A stretch of 45,299 nt of DNA. Source: a virus. Taxonomy: Duplodnaviria; Caudoviricetes. This document shows positions 33,003 through 41,000 of the stretch, one piece after another. The first letter of the stretch is position 1. The number at the start of each line of letters is the position of its first letter. A program made the translations under genes and the position numbers. Under the pieces are notes generated by a model. It had not been told where the DNA came from, ran no database searches, and saw nothing but the letters and a program-made list of their open reading frames with translations. The stretch is taken from IMG/VR virus record IMGVR_UViG_3300038829_000089, positions 1 to 45,299 of that record; one strand, 5' to 3'.

Positions 33003-33781
33003 GCACGAACGCGACGCAGTTCGTAGCCGACACCGTCCGGGCCCGTTTCGTCGCCCTGTGGACCGCCACGGCGATCTCGTGGGAGGCGTACAACGGCAAG
33101 CCGCTCGCGACCGTCGCTACCTCTCCGTGGGTCAAGCCGTCGATCAACACCGGCGGCGCCGCGTGGGTCGGCATCGGCGGGACGCAGGCGCGCGGCCGCA
33201 CCGCCGGCGTCGTCGTCGTCGAGCTCTTCGTGCCGGCCGCCTCTGGCGTCCTCGTCGGCCTCGCCCTGGCCGACGACCTCGTCGACCTCTTCGACCGCTA
33301 CCAGACAGGCGGCCTCAGCTTCCGCCAAAAGGGCTACGCCCGCGATGCCGGCCCCGCGGCCGGCGGCTGGCACAAGTGGCTCGTCTTCTGCCCCTGGATC
33401 TTCGACGCACTGCCGGACCGCGAGGGCGACGTGCCGATCAGCAATAGCCAATTGATCTACCAGGCCGCGCACGGCCTCGCGCTCTTCGACGCGATCGGCT
33501 TCCCCGCCGGCGTATGGGCGAAGGTCGCCGCGAACGGCTCCTCGGTTCGCTGTGACGCGCTCGTGACGCAGGTTCTCGACTCCGGCCGCTTCGTCGCGAC
33601 CTTCTCGGGCCTCCTCGAGGCGCCGGCGCACGGCTTCACCGTGGGCGGGCTCTGGCTGCACCAGTCGACCGCTGGCGCCTTGACGGCTACCGAGCCGGCG
33701 ACCGGCGTCGCGCAGCGTGTCGCCGTCGCCACCGACGCGAACCACCTCGCGATCGGCCCGCTCGAACAGGTGGCCCGATGA
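32999..33781 (+). CDS. Tail terminator (DUF4128-like) with extra C-terminal domain
   Basis: W...PWVK...RTAGVVVVELFVP..G...LAD.L..LF; about 115 additional aa. Confidence 0.7.
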   Translation: MSTNATQFVADTVRARFVALWTATAISWEAYNGKPLATVATSPWVKPSINTGGAAWVGIGGTQARGRTAGVVVVELFVPAASGVLVGLALADDLVDLFDRYQTGGLSFRQKGYARDAGPAAGGWHKWLVFCPWIFDALPDREGDVPISNSQLIYQAAHGLALFDAIGFPAGVWAKVAANGSSVRCDALVTQVLDSGRFVATFSGLLEAPAHGFTVGGLWLHQSTAGALTATEPATGVAQRVAVATDANHLAIGPLEQVAR

Positions 33782-34947
33782 CCCGCTGCGCTCGCCTCTT
33801 CGCCCTGGCGCTCCTCTCCGCGAGCTCCGCCGGCGCGCAGCTCATCCGCGTGCCGCCCGTCCGCACGGTCGCCACCCTCGGCGCCTGCGTCGACGCCTCG
33901 CCCAAGATCGTAGCGGTCACCGACGGCGCGACCGCCAGCGACTGCGCCACCGGGGCCGGTGTCTACGACGTGACGTGCTACTGCGCCAACGGCGCCTGGG
34001 CGGCCTCGGCGACCGCCAGCGGCACCGTCACGACGTTTTCCGTCGTCACCGCGAACGGCGTCTCGGCGTCGGTCGCCAACGCGACGACGACGCCCGCCGC
34101 GACGTTCACGCTCGGCGCGATCACCCCGACGTCGGTGGCCGCGAGCGGCACCGTCACCGGCAGCAACCTTTCCGGCACGAACACCGGCGACCAGACCAAC
34201 ATCACCGGCAACGCAGCGACCGCGACCGCCCTTCAGAGCACCCTTGGCGTGGCCGGCGGCGGCACCGGCGTTACCTCGCTGACGGCCTACGCGCCGGTCT
34301 GCGGCGGCACCACGACCACGGGCGCCGTGCAGAGCTGCGGCACGGGGATTGGGACCACGGGTTACGTGCTGACCAGCAACGGGGCGGCGGCGCTGCCGAG
34401 CTGGCAGGCGGCGGCGGGCGGCGGAGGGGTGGCCGGCAGCGATACCCAGGTCACCTTCAACGACGCAGGGACGGCGGCCGGCGATGCGGGGCTGACCTAC
34501 GACAAGACGACGGACCGGCTGACGGTCGGCAGTGTCAGCTTTGGCGGCGGCAACGTCCTGCGTCCGAACGGTAGCTTTTTGCGTTCCGACACTCAGATGG
34601 AGTTGGCCGGCGGGTGGTACTACGGGACCACGATCGGGATCGATATTAGCGACTTCCCCAATGTCGTACGCATTGAAAGCCGCGACAAGGTTGCATGGGC
34701 GAATACCACGGATTACACGGCCACCAAGGATCTGCGCATCGGCCGCTACGCGGCCACAGTGTTTGAGGTCGACGGCGGATCATCGGGGGCCGGTGCTGGG
34801 CTGATGGTGCGCCCAGCCGCTACGCCGCCTGTCACCTGCTCGGGCGCCGAAGGAACCATGTATTTCGACAGCGACACCCACAAGCCTTGCTACTGCAACG
34901 GGACCAACTACGTGCTGTTCAGCGACGACACGACAGCCTGTTCGTAA
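33778..34947 (+). CDS. Fibre-like Thr/Gly-rich protein with apparent signal peptide
   Basis: MTRCARLFALALLSASSAGA-Q; NLSGTNTGDQT, LGVAGGGTG, VLTSNGAAALPSW, G.DTQV.FND motifs. Confidence 0.7.
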   Translation: MTRCARLFALALLSASSAGAQLIRVPPVRTVATLGACVDASPKIVAVTDGATASDCATGAGVYDVTCYCANGAWAASATASGTVTTFSVVTANGVSASVANATTTPAATFTLGAITPTSVAASGTVTGSNLSGTNTGDQTNITGNAATATALQSTLGVAGGGTGVTSLTAYAPVCGGTTTTGAVQSCGTGIGTTGYVLTSNGAAALPSWQAAAGGGGVAGSDTQVTFNDAGTAAGDAGLTYDKTTDRLTVGSVSFGGGNVLRPNGSFLRSDTQMELAGGWYYGTTIGIDISDFPNVVRIESRDKVAWANTTDYTATKDLRIGRYAATVFEVDGGSSGAGAGLMVRPAATPPVTCSGAEGTMYFDSDTHKPCYCNGTNYVLFSDDTTACS

Positions 34948-34966
34948 CCCAAAGGAGAGACACGCA

Positions 34967-35263
34967 ATGCCCCCTATCCCCATCGCCCGCCCCGCCGCTC
35001 GTGTCGCTGGTTTCGGCTTCGACCTCCGCGGTTCCGGCGGCGGCGTCGGCTCCGATACCGCGGCCATCACCAGCGAGGTCCCCGGCAACTCGGTCGCCCT
35101 GTCGGTGGTCGAGGTCACCGACGCCAACGCATGCTTCATTCGCCTCGGCCCCGTCCGTGGCGTCACCCTCTGCCGCGAGTTCTACCGCAACGCGGCCGGC
35201 GACCCGATCGTGCAGGACCAGAACGGCAACGAGCTGAACGGCCCCTGGACCCAGATCTACTGA
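34967..35263 (+). CDS. Hypothetical protein
   Basis: AAAGGAG RBS. Confidence 0.6.
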   Translation: MPPIPIARPAARVAGFGFDLRGSGGGVGSDTAAITSEVPGNSVALSVVEVTDANACFIRLGPVRGVTLCREFYRNAAGDPIVQDQNGNELNGPWTQIY

Positions 35264-35349
35264 CCCACCCACGCCCCGCAGCGCGCGCGACGTTGCCCCG
35301 CTGCGGGGGCCACCCCGCAACCTTCGACCAGAAACCACCGGAGCCGCCT

Positions 35350-35634
35350 ATGCCCCTCGTCCGCTTCCTGACCGAAACCGCCATCGACCATTCGCCGCGA
35401 CTCGGCGCGGACGGGGTGACCCTCAAGACTCCGCGCCAGATCTTCGCCGCCGGCACCGTGGCCGGCCTGACCCATGAGCTCACCCGCCAGGCGCTCGAGC
35501 GCGGCGCGATCCTCCTGCCTTTCGAGGAGGGCGGGCCCGAGCACCGCGAGCTCGCCGCAGCCGAGGCGCACCGCGCCACGGCCGCCGCGCGCCGCGAGAA
35601 GTCGACCAAGGGCGCCGGCCTCGTCGAGGCGTAA
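35350..35634 (+). CDS. Hypothetical protein
   Basis: GGAG RBS. Confidence 0.55.
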   Translation: MPLVRFLTETAIDHSPRLGADGVTLKTPRQIFAAGTVAGLTHELTRQALERGAILLPFEEGGPEHRELAAAEAHRATAAARREKSTKGAGLVEA

Positions 35635-35670
35635 GCCCCCCTCAACGCCCCCGACACCGGAGAAAAAACG

Positions 35671-36846
35671 ATGGGCGAAAGCAATCGCAGCCGCTGGCTC
35701 TTTGTGCCAGAAGTAACCTGGGGCGTCACCCCCGCAACGCCGACGATGGAGACGCTACTCCGCACCGGCGGCTCGCTGCAGGGCAACCGCAATACGACCG
35801 TTTCCAAGGCGGTGCAGAGCGACCGCATGCGGCGCAAGCTCTACAGCACCGGCAAGGACGGCAAGGGGTCGATCGAGGCGGAGCTCGCCTACGGCCAGCT
35901 CGACACGATCATCGAGCACCTCATGGCCTCCGATTGGTCGGCCGCGATCACCGGCACCGTGAGCGTCACGTTCGACACCACGGCCGACACGATCAACCGC
36001 GCGGCCGGCTCGTTCGTCTCCGACGGCTGGCTCGCCGGCATGCACCTCTACGTCGGCCCCGAAGCCGCCGACGCGGCGAACGAGGGTTACTGCCGGATCA
36101 CGGCCGTAACCGCCACCGACTTGTCGGTCGACAAGAACCTGACGACCAATGCCGTCCCGGCGACCGTCACGCTTCGCAACGACGGCATGATCCGCAACGG
36201 CACGACGGCGAAGTCGCTGTCGATCGAGCAGGGGCACCTCGACCAGTCGCACTTCTACCTCTTCGCCGGCATGCGCGCCGGGCAGGGGTCGATCAGCATG
36301 AGCGCCAACGGGCTCGTGACGTTCAACGCCGACTTCATGGGGCTGTATCCGACCTACGCGGCGACGACCGCGGCCAGCGTCATCACGGCGGTCAACACGA
36401 ACGACGCCTACGACACCGGCGCCGACATCGACGCGATCTTCGAGGGCGGCGCGACCTGCGCCGAGACGCTGACCGCGTTCGATCTCACCTTCACGAACAA
36501 CCTGCGCAACCGCCCGCAGCTGCGCAGCGAGGCGCCCTCCGGCATCGCCTACGGCGTGCAGGACGTCACGGGCTCGCTCAGCTACTACATGGGCAGCTCG
36601 CACACGCTCGCGAACAAGGTTCTCAACTTCACCGAGTCGAGCGCCTACGTCCGGCTGCAGAACCTCAGCTCAGCCAGCCTCGACAAGACGCTGATCGTGA
36701 CGCTGCCGCAGTTCAAGTACTCGGGCGGCGTCCCGCCCGAAGCCGGGCAGCTCGACGGCGACGTGACGATGAAGATGCCCTTCACCGCCTACTCGGGCGG
36801 CGCCGCGCAGCAACTCCAGTTCGACCGGATCACCCCGGCCGCGTAG
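35671..36846 (+). CDS. Tail tube (major tail) protein
   Basis: EVTWGVTPATP...SDR...G.IEAEL...SLSIEQ...F.GMR...NNL...VTGSLSYY; precedes the chaperone and tape measure genes. Confidence 0.85.
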   Translation: MGESNRSRWLFVPEVTWGVTPATPTMETLLRTGGSLQGNRNTTVSKAVQSDRMRRKLYSTGKDGKGSIEAELAYGQLDTIIEHLMASDWSAAITGTVSVTFDTTADTINRAAGSFVSDGWLAGMHLYVGPEAADAANEGYCRITAVTATDLSVDKNLTTNAVPATVTLRNDGMIRNGTTAKSLSIEQGHLDQSHFYLFAGMRAGQGSISMSANGLVTFNADFMGLYPTYAATTAASVITAVNTNDAYDTGADIDAIFEGGATCAETLTAFDLTFTNNLRNRPQLRSEAPSGIAYGVQDVTGSLSYYMGSSHTLANKVLNFTESSAYVRLQNLSSASLDKTLIVTLPQFKYSGGVPPEAGQLDGDVTMKMPFTAYSGGAAQQLQFDRITPAA

Positions 36847-36853
36847 CACCCTG

Positions 36854-36891
36854 GCCCCCGGCGCGGCACGCCCTCGCCGGGGGCTTTCGTT
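36854..36891 (+). terminator. Possible intrinsic terminator
   Basis: GCCCCCGGCG...CGCCGGGGGC followed by TTTCGTT. Confidence 0.45.
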
Positions 36892-36926
36892 CACCCTCGA
36901 CCAGCACCCCGGAGAAGAAGACAAGC

Positions 36927-37490
36927 ATGGAAACACAGCCGCACGACGCACCGCCCGCCAAGGTCCCCGCGTTCTCGCTCGGGGCCGTCATCGCACAGCA
37001 GGAGATCGAAGACGCCGGCCTGTGGGTGCCGATTCAGCCAGGCGGAGAAGTCTTCCTGCGCTACCTCGGGACGGACGCCTGGCGCGAGAAGGTCGAGCGC
37101 GCCGAGAAGCTCTGGCGGAAGATGAACCCGAAGCGGAAGCCGAACGAGGAGATCCCTCGCACCGCGCTCCTGCAGATCCTCAACGAACAGTGCGTCGGCA
37201 ACGTCCTCGCCGACTGGCGCGGGATTCAGGTCGACGCCAGCTTGCGCGCGCAGTACGCGCCTCTGCTCGACCTCGGCCCCGAGATCGACAACGCCGACGG
37301 CTCGGCGCGCGTGATCGAAATTCCGTTCACCCGCCGCAACGCCCTCTGGTTCCTCGTCCACATCCGCGACTTCCGCGATCAGATCTTTCGCCTCAGCAAC
37401 AGCCAGGAAGTCTTCGCCGCGAGCGAGCTCGAGGAGGAGGCGGGTTTCTCCGTCGGTTCCTCCGCTGGCGCACCCACCGCGGGCGCCTGA
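36927..37490 (+). CDS. Tail assembly chaperone (gpG-like)
   Basis: E..G.WV...LADWRGI...IPFT..NA...FRDQI; located between tube and tape measure. Confidence 0.8.
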   Translation: METQPHDAPPAKVPAFSLGAVIAQQEIEDAGLWVPIQPGGEVFLRYLGTDAWREKVERAEKLWRKMNPKRKPNEEIPRTALLQILNEQCVGNVLADWRGIQVDASLRAQYAPLLDLGPEIDNADGSARVIEIPFTRRNALWFLVHIRDFRDQIFRLSNSQEVFAASELEEEAGFSVGSSAGAPTAGA

Positions 37491-37864
37491 GCAAAGAGAG
37501 CCTCGAGAACGTCGAGAAGGCAATTCGCGATGGCAACGCCGCTCCGCACCACCTCCCGCCGCACCTCCCCGGCTACCTCGCCGGCGTCCTGCGGATGTTT
37601 GATCGACTCTGGACCGAACGGCCCCTCGGGCAGTTCGGCGTCGGGGCGATCCCGGGCGGCGCGATGTTTCGCGAATTCGACGAGCGCGGCATCGTCGCCG
37701 AGTGGCACCGGCGCGACCTCGAGGCCCTCCTGCGAGCGCTGGACGCGGAGCACGCGCTCCTCAACCGTCGCGACGAGAAAGGCGCCCTTTTGCCGATCGA
37801 CCTCGCGACGGCCAGCGAAGGGACCGAACACGGCCCCGCCGAGCCGGAATCGGCGGAAACGTGA
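37442..37864 (+). CDS. -1 frameshift extension of the tail chaperone (gpGT-like)
   Basis: In-frame slippery heptamer G GGT TTC (37442-37448); the -1 frame reads FLRRFLRW...F.RL.TERP.G.FG.GAIP...LD. Confidence 0.8.
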   Translation, partial: GFLRRFLRWRTHRGRLSKESLENVEKAIRDGNAAPHHLPPHLPGYLAGVLRMFDRLWTERPLGQFGVGAIPGGAMFREFDERGIVAEWHRRDLEALLRALDAEHALLNRRDEKGALLPIDLATASEGTEHGPAEPESAET

Positions 37865-38017
37865 AACCGCCTCCGCCGCCACCGCTCCGGGCGCCCCGCC
37901 CGCGAGCCTGGCGGCGGCTGGCGCTGATCTCGCAGCCCTGGCGCGGCGCTCGCCCGCGCAGAGGGTAGATCGTGCCTCCTGCGGCCTCCTGGCGCGTCGC
38001 CGCCTGGCGGTCGCCGC

Positions 38018-41000
38018 TTGACCGGCTCGACCGCCGTCCTCAAGCTCGAGGTCAACGCCGCCGGCGTCGTCTCCGGCGTCCTCGTCGCCGAGAAGGCCCT
38101 CGACAGCTACCAGGCGAAGGCGCAGAAGGCGCAGGGGACGAACGAGGGACTCGGCGGCAGCTTCGGCAAGGTTGCCGCCGGCATCGGCCTCCTCGGCGTC
38201 GCAATGAGCGCCTACGCGATCGGCAAGCAGGCGCTCGACACGGCGAGCAGCTTTCAACAGCTCCGCGTGCAGCTCGAGACGGTCTATGGCAGCGCCGCGC
38301 GCGCCGAGTCCGTCTTCGGCATCATCAAGAAATTCGCGGCCGAGACGCCGTTCGAGGTGCAGAACCTCACGACGGCATGGACGCAGCTCCGCCTGACCGG
38401 CTTCGAGCCGACCGTGCGCGTCATGACCTCGCTCGGCAACGTCGCCGCGGCGATGGGGAAAGACATCACGGACATCATCGGGGCCGCTCGCGGCGCGGCC
38501 CTCGGCGAGACCGAGCGCCTCAAGGTGTTTGGCATCGCGGCGAAGATCGAAGGCGACCAAATCACCCTCTCGCTCGGCGATATGAGCCGGACCGTGTCGA
38601 AGGACATCGGCAGCGTGATCGGCGTCCTCGAGGAGCTCGGAAACACGAAGTTCGCGGGCGGCATGGACCGGCAGGCGAAGACCTACGCCGGCGCCGCGTC
38701 GAACCTCCGCGACCAGCTCGCCGCCTTGGCCGACGAGGTCGGGCGCGGCGGCCTTCTCGACGCAATGGAAGACGTGACCCGCGAGCTCACCGAGTGGATC
38801 TCGACGAACAAGGAGCTCGCCGCCAGCATCGGCCGCGACCTCGGAACAGCGATCAAGGGCGCCGCGGCCGTCGTCCGGTTCCTCGCCGACAACTGGCGCA
38901 TCCTCGAGGGCCTGCTCGTCGGCGCGGCCGTCCTCAAGGCGTCGCAAGGGCTGATCGGCCTCGCCGGCGCGCTTCGCCTGATCGGCCCCGCGGCCGTCGC
39001 CGCCGGCGGACCGCTCGCGGTTGTCGCCGCAGCCGCTGCCGGCCTGGCTCTCGCCGTGGGGACGCTGATCGTTGACGCGATCGACGACGGTTCGTCGGCA
39101 ATGACGTCCTATGACGCCGTCCTGCAGACGCACTTCGAGCTCCTGGGACACGTCAAGGCGGCGACGGTCGACCTGGCGCAGGCCGAGCTCGACCGCGCCA
39201 TCGCCAACCAGACCGCGGCCCGCGGCGAGATCGCCGACATCCAGGCGCAGCTCGCCCGCGCCCGCGCCGACCTCGAGCGCTACCGCAAGCCGCTTTCCGG
39301 CTCTGGCGGGAAGGTCAATATCGGTTCGGCGGATGACATCGCCGAGGCCGCGGCACAGGTCCAATTTCTCGAAAACTCGTTGAACATCCTCAATCACCGC
39401 TCGGCCGAATCTGGCCGGATCGTCGAGGAGCTCTTCGGGCAATTCCGCGAGCTTGCCGCCAGCGAAACCGCCGCGGCCGAAGAGGCAAAGAAGCTCGCCG
39501 CGGCAAACGCCCCGCTGTCGAAGTCAGAGCGCGAGGCGCTCGAGGCCCGCGACGCCTTCGCGCAGCTCGCCGCCGGCTTCTCCCCGCTCGCCGCCGCTCA
39601 AAAGAAATACGCCGACGGCATGGCCGTCGTCGAGACGTATCTGCGCAAGTTCCCCGGCGAGACGAAGGCTGCCGAAGCCGCCGTGCGGGAGCTCAAGGAC
39701 GCGCTCGACCTCGTGACCGGCGGCGAGATCGGCCTCCCCTCGCGTTACTTCGCCGGCGTGCAGGGCGAGACCAGCGTGACGCCGCTCCCGGCCCCGGTCG
39801 CGCTGACCCCCGAGCAGCAGAAGGACGCAGTCGCGAGCTACGAAGTCGTCTACTCCGCGATCGACGAGCTGACCGAGGACCAACTCGACCAGATGCGCGC
39901 CGATCGCCAGCAGTACTTCGCCGACGAGGAGCGCGCCACCGAGCAGGCAGCGCAGAGCATCGCCGGCGCGTTCCGCGCTGGGCTCGAAGGCGACTGGTAC
40001 GGCGTGCTGCAGAACCTGCTCTCCGCCTGGGTCGAGATGCTCACGAAGATGCAGGCGGCGAGTGAAGCGGCGCGCCTCTCGGCCTCCGTCGGCGGCCAGG
40101 GCGGCACGCCGACCGGGCAGGCGGTCGCCGGCGCCACCGCCGGCGCATCGTCGAACACGGCCGGGCTTGTCTCCGCCGCGGCGCAGTGGATCGGCATCTA
40201 TTACGGCGTTTACTCCGCGATCTCCTCGTGGGCGCGCGACAAGCGGATCGCCGAAATGACCGGCAGCTCGTCGATCTCCCTTCGCAACGGCGAAGCCGAC
40301 GTCACCCGGCTTTTCGACACCTGGCACAACGGGCTCGACCGCGTGTCCGGCGCGCTCGCCGACGGCATCAATGCGATGGTCGACCAAATGGGGATGACCT
40401 CGCGCCTCGAGGGGCTTTCCGATATCCGGATCACTCAGCGCAGCGACAAGTGGATCGTGGCCATGCGCGACGCCGCCGGCCGGTGGTCGGAGGCATCGTT
40501 CCGCTCGGCGCAGGAAGCGCTCGACTCCGCGATCGTGACCGCCCTGGCTTCGGCGCAGATCTCCGGAATCTCCCCCGAAACGCAGGCCGTGCTCGACCGT
40601 GCGGTCGGCAACGGGACCGGCCTGCCCGGCTCGAGCAACGTCGCATCGGTCGAGCAGTTGACCTCTGACCTCTCCTTCGCGCAGTGGGTGCGCGACGTCG
40701 GGATCTCCGACTTCGGCCGGCAATTCCGCGCCGAAATGGAGATTTTCCAAGACGCGATGCGGCGCGCCTTCGAGCGCGGCTTCCCGACGGAGTCGATCGT
40801 GCGGCTCGGGGACGCTTACAACCGCTTTTTGGCCGACAACCGAGCGCAGCTCGTCGCGACGATCGAGGGCCTCTCCGGCACCGGCAATGAATGGACGCAG
40901 GTAGTCGTCGACCATATCCAGCGAGTGCGCGACGCGATCGCCGCGACCCGAGACTACGACTCGGCCCTCGACGAACAGACCAACGCCAACGCCGCCCGCA

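Noticed and set aside
35934-36926. 518-aa version of the tail chaperone
   Set aside because: The upstream part is Arg-rich off-frame reading of the tail tube gene; ATG 36927 has an RBS.
37861-38017. Small gene between chaperone and tape measure
   Set aside because: Only short Pro/Arg-rich frames with no supporting motif.
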